Position numbers and translations under genes: made by a program
Assembly: GCA_050084985.1 (NCBI GenBank)
Contig: JBITNC010000001.1
Coordinates: forward strand, 190,340,001 to 190,404,000
Reading direction: 5' to 3'
Length of the DNA stretch: 64,000 bases
Source of the DNA: Nageia nagi
Lineage: Eukaryota; Plantae; Pinophyta
Shown: one piece after another, positions 25,890 to 39,044 of the stretch
How positions within the stretch are numbered: the first letter of the stretch is position 1
Layout of the letters: each line of letters opens with the position of its first letter
Notes under the pieces: generated by a model
The model's input: only the letters and a program-made list of their open reading frames with translations
Database searches by the model: none
What the model was told of the DNA's origin: nothing

Positions 25890-26852
25890 AGTATCGTGAT
25901 AAAAATGTATGCAAAATGTTGAAGAATACAAAAGGCTAAATAATTGTTTGACAAGATGAATGATGCAAACAAAGTTTCATGGAATGTAATGATTAAGGAT
26001 ATGTAGTTCATGACTACAAAAGGATACCCTTTGACTCTTTAATCAGATGAAGCACTTAGAACCAACTCTAACAACATGACCTTTGTATGTGTTCTACTTG
26101 CATGCAACCATGCTGGTCTTGTTGATGAGGGCTATAAATACTTTAACAATAAGAATGACTCTTATTGCATTATTCCTAAGATGAATCATTATACATGCAT
26201 TCTTAACCTTCTTGATCATGCAGGCTATCTTCATTATCAAGATTCGCATAAGACTTGAGTTGGATGTGTTTGCTTGGTGCTAATAGATCAAATTAGAATT
26301 TAGGAACAGGGAATTTGTGGCAACAAGCCTTTTTTTTGTTAGAGCCTAAATAGGCTCCATCTTATGTTATTCTTCCAAATATTTATATCGAAGTGGGTAG
26401 TTGGGATAATATTCAAAAAATAAGGACATTGATGAAAGATAGAGGAATCAAGAAGATACCTAGATGTAGTTAGGATGATGTTGACAAAATGGTACATGTT
26501 TTTCTTATATGATACAAATCACAAAAACAAACACAAGAGATCTATGAAAAATTAGAGAAATTTTTGAGTGAGATGAAGGAAGCAAGATATATTCCAAATG
26601 TAATACATGTGTTGCATGATGTAGAGGCTAATGATAAAGAATTGCTTTTCTAACAGTATAGCAAAAAGCTGTCAATTATGTTCAAGTTATTAAAGACTCC
26701 CTTTGGAACTGTTATTAAAGTTGTGAAGAACCTTTGAGTATGCAATGAATACCATACTCCAACCAATTTTATCTTCAATATTATTATAAGGGATGCAAAC
26801 AGATTCCATTATTTCAAAAAATGGAGAATGTTCTTGTGGATATTATTGGTGA
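25890..26852 (+). pseudogene. PLS-class PPR-E-DYW pseudogene (3' part)
   Basis: MYAKC, VSWNVMI, TFVCVLLACNHAGLVDEG, HYTCILNLLDHAG, E+ GIKKIP, KNL*VC, RDANRFHYF..GECSCGYYW* ending at 26852; many stops and frameshifts. Confidence 0.92.
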
Positions 26853-27440
26853 TGCAAGGTAATGAAGTATATGAAAAAGATCGATAATTTGAAAAGGCCC
26901 TAGAGAATTTTAGGCAAATGCAGTTATCAATTGCAAAACCCAACTCTACAACCGTTTCCAACATTCTTTTGGCATGTGTAACCATGGGATATTTAGAAGA
27001 ATGTATGAACATCCATCAAAGAGTTTAATTGAAAATGGTTTTCCATCAAATGATGTTATTGTGAATACCCTAATATACATGTATGCAAAATATGGAAGCA
27101 TAGATAAGGCACATGAATTATTTGACAAGACACATGAAGCAGGCATAGTTTTATGGATTGCAATGATCATATGTTATGCACAAGATGGTTTTTTCAAAAA
27201 TACCTTAAAGTATTTTAGTTAGATACAATTGTTAAGTGAAAAACCTAATCCTGCAACCTTTTCCAAATTTGCTTCTTTTCCAGCATAGAAAAAGTTGGAA
27301 ATTATGATTAGGTTGTTAAAGATCCCTTGACCTGTTAGTAGAGTTGTGAAGAACTTTCAAGTATACCATAACTACCTTACTACAACCATATTTATCTTGA
27401 AGATTGTTGCAAGGGATGTTATTGTGAGGGACATCATCTT
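26853..27440 (+). pseudogene. Second PPR fragment fused directly to a partial DYW domain
   Basis: KPNSTT, NTLIYMYAKYGSIDKAHELFDK..LWIAMIICYAQDG, then a jump at ~27270 to HRKKL...RVVKNFQV...KIVARDVIVRD. Confidence 0.85.
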
Positions 27441-27636
27441 TTCAATTGAATTAGACTTCCTATGTATGTTGTTGAGATATTTATGATAGCCTTATTTTTT
27501 AATACTAATGAGTCATGGTATTAAACTATTTTTTAGGAGTCTTGTACAATTGTAGCATGTAGAGTTGGAGTAGGAGATGCAATGATCTCAAAGATTAAAG
27601 AAGAAATACTTTAAGGAAATAGAAAACATGGTGGGT

Positions 27637-28629
27637 GCAAGAACTTGGATCCACTTTAAGGCCAAAAAGTGGAAGTATTTTTCTTGATTTTTAAATTTGG
27701 TTATGATTAATCTCAAAAATTGAAGCACTTAGACATGAAATCATGAAAAAGGTCACTACAATGAAAATGTAGAGCTTAGAGTCTAGTTTTCAAATATATA
27801 ATTTTTTCCAATCATAGAATTTAAATTTTGATAGGATAAAAAAAACCACTTTTTTTTTTTTTTTAAAAAGTAGTTTTGGACCATACCATGCACGTGTTCG
27901 TCCACCATAATTTGATTGAAATCAAGATATTTTTTAAAATCCTTTTAGGAAAAGATACCTAACACATTGGAGCTTATCCTAAATATTTTTCCATAATTTT
28001 TGAATCAATATTTTTTTAATTAATTTTGTATCAAGCATGTTTGTGGTTTAAAAAAGTGCTCATGTTCGTCCATCATAATTTGATCTAAACTTAATTTGTT
28101 TTCAAAATTTTTTATTCTTATAGAGAATTATATGAAACTTGTTCCTATATAATTTGTTTTTCATAACTCACCAAAAAAAACTTATTAAGAAAATACGAGG
28201 CCCTCATATTTCAAGTATATGGACCACTTTTACTAAAAAATAATTAAAAAATACAAAATCTTATCCAATTATACAATAAATTACATATTTGAAATCTACA
28301 CTCTTTAATCTATAATAGATTTTAATTTCATGAAAAATTATACCAAAAAATCCATCAAAGGTATTCTTGAATTTGAGATTTTACAATAAAATTATCATGA
28401 ACATATACTTGAAGGTCCAAGGCTAAGTGTTGGTTCACCAAGCCTTTTTCAAGCCTAAATCCAAGGTGAAATTGTAGAATAAAATATCAAGATCATGATA
28501 TTAATAAATTAAATTTAAGATCTTGATTTAGGTTCGAGATCCCAATATTGGGATTCCAATTTTTTTGACATTGAATTTTACTTTACCGATTTTCCCCACT
28601 TCCCCTTTTAAGTGGACCCAACTTCTTGC
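27637..28629. mobile_element. ~1 kb non-autonomous TIR DNA transposon (MITE-like)
   Basis: Left gcaagaacttggatccactttaa versus reverse complement of right end gcaagaagttgggtccacttaaa; internal repeat tgttcgtcca(c/t)cataatttgat; TSD not resolved. Confidence 0.65.
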
Positions 28630-28639
28630 TTTTACCTAA

Positions 28640-31600
28640 CACTCAAAGAATAATAAATTTTAGAAAAGAGATTAAAAGTAACCTAGTAACACTCAAAGAT
28701 ATTCAACACATTAAAAATAATTATATTAAAAAAACTAAATTTCAAACACATCAAAATATCCTAATATTAAAAAAAAGTTTCTTAATACAAAAAAATATCA
28801 TAGATATGCAAGGAAGATGGACTTGCTTCAATCTAAATTGGACCAATTCAAAAAATGACTCTCAAAAATATATCTTCTAGTATCAAATTAAAAGAATACC
28901 ATCACTGCATAAGCTAAACAAATATCTCAATTGGAAGAGCAAAGAAACATTACTGCTTACTTTGAGAAAATTCTTGCTTTTCTAGAACAACAATTACAAG
29001 AAAAGGACCAAGTCATACTAGAGTTGAAGAACATAATTGGGAGACTTGAGCACTCCAAAATCTCCCCTTCTAATGTAATTACACATCTAGAATTATAACA
29101 ACTCTAGGAAGTGGTTACTAAGCTTCAAGATAAACGATCAATAATTCTTGCAAAATATGAATAACTCAAGTAGGAAATAATTCTTCAACAATAGTCTATA
29201 CAAAAGTAGCTAGAGGAACACAATTCATGGGTTCAAGTAGCTAAGGGAAAGAAGACTTCCCTTGTTGTTGAATTGGATAGATAAGCCAAATTTGTAGAAG
29301 AAAAGGTTTTTCACACTAAGAAACTCAATCTTCAAGTTCGTGGTCTCCCCAAAACCAACACTCCATTGCAGGATGGCCAAGCATTCATTCATGATACTTT
29401 GGACTTGAAAATATTACCTTGAAAAAATCTTGGACTACACCAAATGATACTCTAGTTATATGAAAAATTATCATTATAAGCCTTATGAGCAAAGAATAAA
29501 ATGCTTCTTCTTCCACACAAAATCTACCTAGATGAAGATCTCACCAAAATTCAAATACAAGAGCTTCACAAGGCTCAAGATCTAGTTGTTGATGTATGAA
29601 AGAAAAATAAATGGGTTGTTAAATATGTAATCATAGAGCAGTGATTCATGATTCACCTCCCTCTTAGTGGTCACACCCTTAGTTGATCAAATGAAGGTGC
29701 TTTAGAGTCTCTATAAATAATGGGGTCAACATTGCTTGTTGTAAATGTAATGGTGTAGTGTGGTATTCCCCTGAGACCTTCCAAGATGTGATCTCATCTC
29801 AAGACCTTATCTTATTTACTAAGACTCATGATAGCCCTAAGTGGGAACTCCCCAACATATTAGGGTACTACTAGGTTTCTTATTTTAGATATGATACTAG
29901 GTGCTCAAGATGGATTCATGGATTAGGAGGCATAGCCTATCTCATTTGATAAGGTATTCGATCTCACATCTCCTTATTAGTAATAGACACTCATGCATAA
30001 TACTTATGGATCTGATTTTGATGTTTTCCTCCTTACTAAGATGTCATCTTTATTATTGGCTATTTTTCACTAGCCTCATCATCCTTTGTTCTTCATTCAT
30101 ATGGAGACCCCTTCATAGATCTCTACAAAGATATCACACATTATTCTTCCATGGGAAATATCAACCTTTTAGGTGAGTTCAATGCTAGGAATACAAATTG
30201 ACAAACACCTATACATGAGCTTGAGGATGATGCTATTTGTATATGTGATAAAGACCTATGTACTTTGGCATACAAGGAACTTCATTAGATAGGAATGCTC
30301 TTATTACAACATATGACACATCACCTTCATCTTGATGAGTCACATGGAATCTTTATTCTAAATGGAATTTCATTCTTTCCTTCCTCTATTAGATTTACAT
30401 GTTTTCCTCATAGTGGAGTAATGAGTGTGGTGGACTATCTATTACCTATCTTACATTCTATTCCTCACATTTAGGATCTACTCTCTACTCTGAGTTTCAT
30501 TGCCACATATGAGATTTTATCCATTATATTATAGGAGGAATCCCTCAATACATTTCCCCATAAGACTTATCATTCCCTTAAACCACTATCTTAGTTCATT
30601 CCCTAGAAATTATTGGTATGATGCAGAATGTAAATCCATACACAAGAGACTTCATTTTGCTCTCTTCTATGATCCCTCCTTTGTGTTTTCCATCCAAAGA
30701 GTTTGTCATGGTTTTCTTCATCAAAAGAGATTTCATTTTATTACCACTACTTTACATGCTCTCATTTACCCCCTCCATCACTATTCTAAAGTCTTTTGGT
30801 GTACCCTCCTCCCAAGGAAACCATTTCCATCTAAAATTGATCCCTAATCTTGGGTAGCATATGCTAGTTATCTCTATGATATTGTTGTTCAAAATACTCC
30901 ACATATTTTATCACCCTCTATCTTATCATATTTTTTTTGTTCAGAAGCTATTTCTAGAGCCATTTTGAAACTTTATACTAATAAAGAAGAAAATTCTAAA
31001 GGATTGTGAACCAAGTTTTTAAAATATGGTGGTGACTCACTTGCCTCTCCCATTGCTATTTTATTTAATAAATTTGTGTGTTCAGGGTTTCCTCCCTCAT
31101 GGTCACAACACATAATTCATCTTATTCATAAATTAGGAGATTTTTCTAATCCTAATAATTATAGAACCATCATGATTGGGCATACATTTGCCAAACTGTA
31201 TGCCATAACTATGGACATGATGCTATCAGATCATTTGGAGGAGAATGAACTTAGGAAAGAGGGCAGGCTAGATTTAAGAGGGATTAACATACTATAGATC
31301 ATATCTTCACCCTTCAAGATATCATTAAGGAGGCCCATTAGAGATCCTTCAAGGTATTTTATTACTTTTTTGATTTTAGGAAAGCCTTTGACACTGTTCT
31401 ATGTTACATAATTTTTTAGAAGTTACATACTATTGGTAACTATGACACATTTTATAGTACCATCATGAGGCTTTATGATATAGTTGTTGGTCGATTTCAA
31501 ATTATGAATGGTTTTTTAGATATAGTCACTAGCATGATTGGAGTTAAACAAGGGTGCCCCTTTCATCCACTCTCTTTGGTATGTATATTGATGACCATGA

Positions 31601-33270
31601 GGACTTTATTCAACTATACACTCATGCAAAAGATAATTATTTTCTTCACCAAATATGAATTATTGTACTTCTATTTATAGATGATGTGATTTTGTTATCA
31701 CACTCACTTGAGGGTCTTTAGAGACAATTGGATACACTTTCTAGTTTTTGTGACCAAAAATATATTATAGTTAATATTAGTAAAATCAAGATCATGATAT
31801 TCAATACCTCTAAATCCACTCTCTCCAAATACCATTTTTTCTATAAAGGTGAGATAGTTAATATCTCCACTATTAACAAACCTAGGTGTTCAATTTTTGG
31901 GGCCATCTTTCAGCTTGAACCTAGCATCAAACTCATGTATTTGTAAGGGATATTCTTACTTTCCATTCTAGAATATCAGTACTTCTAGATTCATTTTTAG
32001 GATATCACTTCAAAGAAATTTCTCTTTGATACCCTTGTTAAGCCCATAGTTCTCTATGGGTCCAAGGTTTGGGGCCCTAGTTATGGACCTATTGAGTGGT
32101 CATGTATTGATAGGGTTTAAACCATCATGCTTCAATAGATGATCTATTGTAAGTGAATTGTACCATAATGCATTGTACAAAGTGAGTTTTCCACATAAAT
32201 ACTCCATCTTTAGAGCATATTTAGGATCACATCCTTTTTTCATAGACTTTGATAGTTTAGTAACTCATTCATGGGCCATAAGAGGTATCCATTTATTACT
32301 TTATGTTCTTCATAGAGGATTGCATCATTAGGCCTCACTGGATGCAGTTGTTGTTGTTACTCTAAAGCTAGTTCACATCTACAGTCTATGGGTATATCTA
32401 TTGATTGAATTCCATCTTTCAACATTTTATTAACTGCTCCTTTTCATCTTGGAGCTTCAAAAGTAGAGCTTCATAGATCTATTAGAGAATATATTTATCA
32501 TTGCCACATTTAGGTTACTTGGGTCTCCCCTCCACAAGCTCCCAACCCTAAAATAGCTTTTTATGTAGAGTATTTCTTATAGATCACTGATGGTACCATT
32601 TCCATGCCTACTTATGTTCAACACCAATGGTAGCCTGGCTTAAGGATTCCCCTTAGCCAAATATGATTTTGTTCACATCAACTTCATGTCGAGATGAACC
32701 ACTACATTTCATAGCCAAAGAGGACTTGTTGAATTTACTCTCTATGGGAGGTGGAAAATAAATAGAACATGATATTCAAATATCCTATATACTATGAGAT
32801 TTAAGGATGGTATTATTTCTTGTACAAGGAGTCTAAAGGCTCCTCATCCTAGTATTATTCTTGTGAGAGATCGCCCTCTTCAGGAAAGTATATTCAAAGT
32901 GATCCACATAGATCCCTCATACTACTAGATTGATCAACTCTTTCTTCAAGCCTCTTTCAAATCCTACTATTAGAAAATGGAATTCAGATAATAATCTTTA
33001 GTATACTCATAGTCTTGGGTTAATGTGATATCATATCACATCTTAGAAAAGCACCGTCCAATCATAGATTGGATGATAACTATGTATCACTAGTTTTATT
33101 TTCTCTAAAAGTGATCCCTCTTCTAGCTCAAGGCACTCTTGATAATATAATTTTATTATTTTATTTACTATTATCAATTCCTAGGGTTCTCAATCCTAGT
33201 GCTTTCTATCATTTAATTGGATTGTACTGCTAAGTCCCATTGATCTATTTTTGGTCACTCATGAATATTT
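28640..33270 (+). mobile_element. Near full-length decayed LINE (ORF1 plus APE-RT ORF2), RTE-X-like
   Basis: Coiled-coil ORF1 ~28806-29690 with NLQVRGLP and IYLDEDLT; ORF2 from ~29691: GEFNAR and SVVDY (APE), NPNNYRTIMIGH, DFRKAFDTV, GVKQGCP, FIDDV (RT), C-terminal Cys/His relic. Confidence 0.85.
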
Positions 33271-33561
33271 AAATATATTTCTATTTCTCTTTTTCTCTAC
33301 ATCCTCAATTCTCATCATGAGCAAATCGACCCTCATTATCCTCACTGTTATCATCATATTTACCATCATCATTATCATCACTAGCATCATCATTATCGAT
33401 ACCATCAACAACAACATTGTCACAAGCACCATCAACACTAGTAGAACCACATATCATCACCTACAACATTGAATTGAATGCTTGAAAATAATCAAATAAA
33501 ATTTTTAGTAAAAATAAAAATCTATAAATCTTATGCATACTCATAATTGAACTACTTTAGG

Positions 33562-36500
33562 GAAAAGTAAAGGATGGGGAAGCTATGAAAGTTTTGAAAA
33601 TAATTATTTTGTTTAAGGGAGCCCTAACCTTTTGTTTCATTATTTATATAGTTATTATGATGACTTTATATACCATAGGAGTTAAGATTATATATTTGAA
33701 GCTATTAAATGTCATTATGGATACTATGTTATCGAGTTCATTTGCTTTTTAAGGTGGGTACTTAGGTTTGTGTTTTAATAGTTAAATCAATCCATGTTTA
33801 TCAATGCCATCTAGCTTGCTCACATGCCAAAAGGTGGCCATCATGGATCTTAGAGGCCTCAAGCATGTTTATCAGTGCATAATGAGGTTGAATAATTTTT
33901 AATTATACTTATATGGACACTTGGAGTCCTAAGGACTCAATTTCCTAATGATAGTGACTCTTTAAGCTTTTGAAGGATTTATTACCCTCCCCTAGATGCT
34001 ATATCATGCAGAAACTAATAGAAATAAGATTTAGCTTTAGAGTAAGAGAACCTAGTGCAATTTGTAGAGTCAAATGAAAAATAGGGGCTTTTATTGAAGG
34101 AATCATGGGTGGGGATCTAGTGAGAGTAGAATCAAACTCACATGAGGAAACTATGAGAAATGTAGAGGTATGGAGGATCCTCTATCAAGGTGGCTTGGAT
34201 AGATTTATATGTGCTTGTAGGGGTCATGATGAGAAAATTTCTATGGAGGTTACTAACTCATGGAATGAGGGAAGGTATTGTGTTAATGGTTTGGAACTTA
34301 CAATTAACCCCCAAATAATTTCCCAACCAATTTTTATGCCAAATGAAAAAAATTTTGAATAAAGAGGGAAGGGAAAGTTAAGAAGCTATAAGCTTAGGAT
34401 AAATTCCTACAGAAGGTGATGAAGACCAAGCACCTAAAAAAATACCAGACTAGGGTAATAAGAACTTAGATTCCCTAGCCATGGAGTAAACTTGTAGTGG
34501 CATTGATTAAGTATGTGATGCTAGAAGATAGATATAAAATTCTAATGGCTTCTCATTTCTTTCTCTTGAATTATTTGATCTTCCCAAACATAGATAGAGT
34601 TAATTTCCCATATTTTATGTATATAACTTCATGCTCATTTTGGTTAAGAAAGTTAAACACAATAAAGCATTATTTCTATTGCATGAATCAGTCATAAAGC
34701 TATATTATGAGTGGGTTGTTACAAATAAATCCAAAAGGTACCCTAAAATCACAATTAGGGTGGGGGAAATAGTATTTGATCTAGGAAAAGGGATAGATTT
34801 TATTCATGAGGAGTATTCTAAGAGTCCTATTTCTAAATTTTCACCAAAGGGGAGTTAAAGCAAGAGATCCCAAGCTAGAGGTAGAAGCCCCAAAGAAAAT
34901 GTTGAGGGTAGAATATATTTGATGAGGAAGAAATGGAAGAGATAAGAATTGGTGAGAGACCACCCAAAGGCAGATGAGAATGAGGAGATTGCAGTAATGG
35001 AGATAGAAAAGTATCTAAACAAAAAGACCATTGAACTAGACAATTAAAAAATACTTGAAAAAAATGAGGTCTTGAATTTCTTAGAAAAGGATGAGGAAGC
35101 GACAAGAATATTTTTAAGCTTTACTACTAAATAGGGTATTAAGGGTGATAGGAGTAAGAGTAAAAGGAAGAAAAAAAAAACCCTTAGGTTAACTAAAAAA
35201 AAGAGGGCCCTATTTAAGAAGAGAGAAAAACAAAAAGTATTAGTTAAAGAGGTAAGGCCCGTATTATATGGGAGTGGTAAGTATTCAAAGCTTTGCACCA
35301 ATATAGCAAAGGATTTGTAGGAAAAGCAAAGGGGAGTAGTAGGTAAAGGTAGATTACCTAAGATAAGAAGAAGAATGATCCTACAAGATTAGGAGTCTAG
35401 TGAGTTTGGTGTAGAAGGGAGGACCAAAAGTAAAGCAAGATTAATAAGCACAAAGGAGCAAGCAAAAGTTTCTACCCCTACCAATGATACTTCTTGGAGC
35501 CTTATGCATAAGTTAAACATGAATTCTTTAATAAAGAAGCTAATTACAAAGGACCAAAGGGATACAAAGCAATTAAAGTCTCTCTTGAATGTCGTTCAAA
35601 TAGCTAAACAAGTCTCAAAAAGATTTAGGGACTTCTCTCAAGATGATCAAGAAGGAAACTCTAAGGTCAAACAAGGTAAGAAGAATAAAAAAATATCCTT
35701 TGATGAAAATATTTGCAATGCAAAAGACTCTCTAAGTTTGTGAAGGATATTACAACAAATTTAGTTCAAGGAGTTGGAAAAGACTTAAACTCTCAAACAC
35801 TTTTTAGACACCAAGACTCCAAGGGTACAAGGAGTATGGTTAGAAATAGAGATGTTATGGCCAAATATTTGCAAGAATATCATAGTAAACACCCTATTTG
35901 ATCAACATAAAAAGTATACTAAAGAGGAAGTCATACGATGTAATTTCAAGGGGAAAAGGAACTTGGTGAAGGAGAGTGATTTTAATTTCTCATGTAATCA
36001 AAGGGATATCTAGGGAGATTGGCAACTTATTAAAAAAGAGTAAAAAAGGTCTTAAGGAGGTGGAACATGCACTAAATGAAATAAAGATATTCATAGAAAC
36101 CTCTAAGATTCTTTTGAAGGAAGCTTTGGATGTAGTAGTGAAGGTAAAGGAGAGTAATCCCAAGCTAGTGAAGGTAATGGAAGGATAAACACAAAAGATC
36201 TTAAGCAACAAAATTCAAAATGAGATGCTATATGAAGCATTCTAAATAAAGGGTAGGTACATTAAAAAATATGATGAGCTAGGGTCAATTATGGGCTTCA
36301 AAGAAGTTATGTTAAAGAATACCTACAATAGGTTTTACAAAAATAACTATGAAAAGCAGAATTTCTTACTTGAGATGTAGTGCAGGGTGATAGATAGTAG
36401 TAGATGACTTGAAGCTTATGTTTTGATGGAGATATGAACTAGTATGGGATGATTTGATAAACTAAATGTGTTCTTGGCTCTATTTTCCTTTATTATGTGG

Positions 36501-36768
36501 AAGTATATTCTATTAGTTTTGTTAAGTTAAATAGTTCTAAGACTTTCTCTAGTATTTCTACATGGGATTTCTTAATACATTACTTTGGAAGTATTAACAT
36601 AGTATAGTGTTTATATATAGTTTTGAAGCTACCTTCTTTCATAGAATTAGGCATATAGATAGGAGATATACATGCTTGTCAACCCTTTTTCTTAAAGGTT
36701 TGTAAAGATACTTATAAACTTAACCTTTTTTATTAATACAAAATTAGCCCATTAATAAAAAAATTTTA
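33562..36768 (+). mobile_element. Non-LTR-type insert with 12-bp TSD and A-rich tail, no recognisable RT
   Basis: aactactttagg at 33550-33561 and 36769-36780; 3' end ...cctttttttattaatacaaaattagcccattaataaaaaaa. Confidence 0.8.
34105..36400 (+). pseudogene. Fragmented ORF with Transposase_32-like (putative plant transposon protein) N-terminus and charged coiled-coil tail
   Basis: MGGDLVRVES...RFICACRGHDEKISMEVTNSWNEG..VNGLELTINPQII and IKYVMLEDRY...HFFLLNY...VNFPYF; Lys/Glu-rich remainder. Confidence 0.6.
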
Positions 36769-38224
36769 AACTACTTTAGGTAAATTAAAATAATACTAAT
36801 TACTTACTCCATTATCCAATAATCTCCACAACTTTTCCCACCCCTCCAGTACACTGAATTGTAATTTTGCATCTGTTGGTGGAAGATTATATCTTTTCAC
36901 CTACAAAAAAATAATTAAATATGTATTTAATTGTTAAATAGTATAAATATTTTACCTTTTATTTTAATATATATTAAAAAATAGTAAATATACTCACAAA
37001 TTAAGCTTCAATCCAACATCTACCTACATTTCCCATCCAGTGTAGCTTATATTTGTTTGATGATTTGAAATGGGAGTGATATGCTTTCTTTTGTAGTGAT
37101 TCTTTAGAGGTGTTACTTTTTTTTGCATTCTTCATTTTCAAGTACTATCCTCACCAAATCCTTGTATACATCCTTGTCAAGACTAGAACTTCTTTAGGTG
37201 ATAAAATGTTGCTTAGGTGAAACTTTAGCAATCTCTATTTGATATTTGTTCTTTTTCCTCTTGAGGCTCACTCCCATATATTTCAGCACCCATTTTGTAC
37301 TCCATTTTTCACCAAAATCATGTTGAAGGTAAAGGAGTATTTAGTTTTTTGCTTCAAATACACAATAATGAAAAATTAGTTTCTATTTTTTAGAATATAA
37401 GTTTTTGAAGGTAAAACATGATTAGTAATAAACTATAATTAAATTTACATACCTTACTCATTTTGTTTTATCCATGGGAGATCTAATGTTTTATGAAATT
37501 CTATGTAAGCGATATTCTTGAGTGCTTCACCAAATAGGTTCCCTAAACAATAATTATTTCAAATATTAGTAAACTAATAGAGTTCAAAATTGTATATAAA
37601 GGTGTATTTTTTAGGGTATAAAATTTTATCAGACTCATCCATAAGTAATTCACCATCATGTTTCACTTTAAGTTCAATTCCTCATGATCCCCCACATGTG
37701 ATGTATTGTAGAGGTTGATTTATCGATACTGTAATTTCAATACTATTCACATCAGCTTTATGATAATATAAATTCATAGTGTAATATTAATACAATAATG
37801 AACATGATATTATTTTAATAATTTAATGGAAATTAACAATCCAAATTAAAAAAAATATCAACCAATTAGAGAGCCTGTACCCCTTGTGGTTTCATCATCA
37901 ACATCATTGATGGTTTGTGTTATTTTCATTCATGCATCGCTAAGAAAAAACTTTATGCCTTCAACCAAATATTTGGTAAAGCCTTGTAACTATAAAAAGT
38001 AAAAAAACAAATTATTTTCCTTACAAAATGAATATCATAAAATAAAGTACTTTGACATTACATTAATAATTTAACATGTATTAATACTTACCCACTTGTC
38101 TTGCGCTTATCCATCATTCCATATTTTCTTTCCCTTTTTGGACCCCCTCTAGCAGTTTTTCTTTGCTCACCATGATGATGACTATTAAAGAGAAAATAAA
38201 AAATATATGTGAGTGTGCCCATAC

Positions 38225-38712
38225 AACTTGATCTGGGTGTGATCGTAGAATATGCACACAATGGAATTTCTAAAAAGGATCTTTAGAATTTTAAACAAAT
38301 GCAATTGTTAGGTGTAAAGCCAAACTCTACAATTTTTGCTAGCTGGGATGATGTTCAAAGAGTAATGACATTAATGAAAGATGGAGGAATTAAGAAAACA
38401 ACTTGATGTAGTTGGATTGAAGTTGAAAAAAGGGTACATGATTTTATTATATGAGACATATCAAAACCACAAGCACATGAGATCATAGGATATGTACAAA
38501 ATGGGTATGGTTTGGATTCCCTCAAGTATTTTTAGAAAACATATTTGACTAGTTTTAGACCAAATTCAATAAACTTTGCAAGTGTTCTTCCTATATGTGA
38601 AATTTTGTAGCTTTAGAATGGATTGTAGATATTCATGGATAAATAACTAGATGTGGTTTTATTTCTCATGCAGTTGTGATAATAGCCCTGATAGGTATGT
38701 ATTCAAAATGAT
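38225..38712 (+). pseudogene. Scrambled PPR mosaic (PPR, then E/E+, then PPR)
   Basis: GVKPNSTIFAS joined to WDDVQRVMTLMKDGGIKK..CSWIEV..QAHEI joined to IGYVQNGYG...ALIGMYSK. Confidence 0.85.
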
Positions 38713-39044
38713 AATTTTAGTTTATCAAAGAGATGGCTTTTGATGAGCCATAAAAATAACCTCTTTTTGACATACATTAAGAGGATACAATAGTAAACAA
38801 TAATATATATTTTATATACTTAACTATTCTAATTAGAGATAAATGCAATATTATCTTATTTGCTAACCCTTTATGTTTAATGGTGGATTTAATATTTTAT
38901 ATATTTTTGTGAGAGAAAATAAAAGGTAAAAGCTATATTTTGAATATGGCAGCTCATCCTATAGTCCAAAGTCTAATATTTGCAATATGAAATTATTCAC
39001 ATTAAATCATATTCTAGAAAATAAATGAATAGAATAGGAGAGAA

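Larger units (their letters stand above)
33270..38190 (-). pseudogene. Multi-exon relic resembling a CACTA/En-Spm TnpA-like accessory gene
   Basis: Several minus-strand exons with GT-AG boundaries (e.g. near 38092, 37000, 36902, 33460); LQHDFGEKWSTKWVLKYMG...HWMGNVG; Asp-rich last exon; interrupted by the 33562-36768 insert. Confidence 0.4.

Noticed and set aside
33251-33472. Hydrophobic Ile-rich and Met-rich ORFs
   Set aside because: Alternative frames of a (CAT)n-like Asp-rich tract, not membrane proteins
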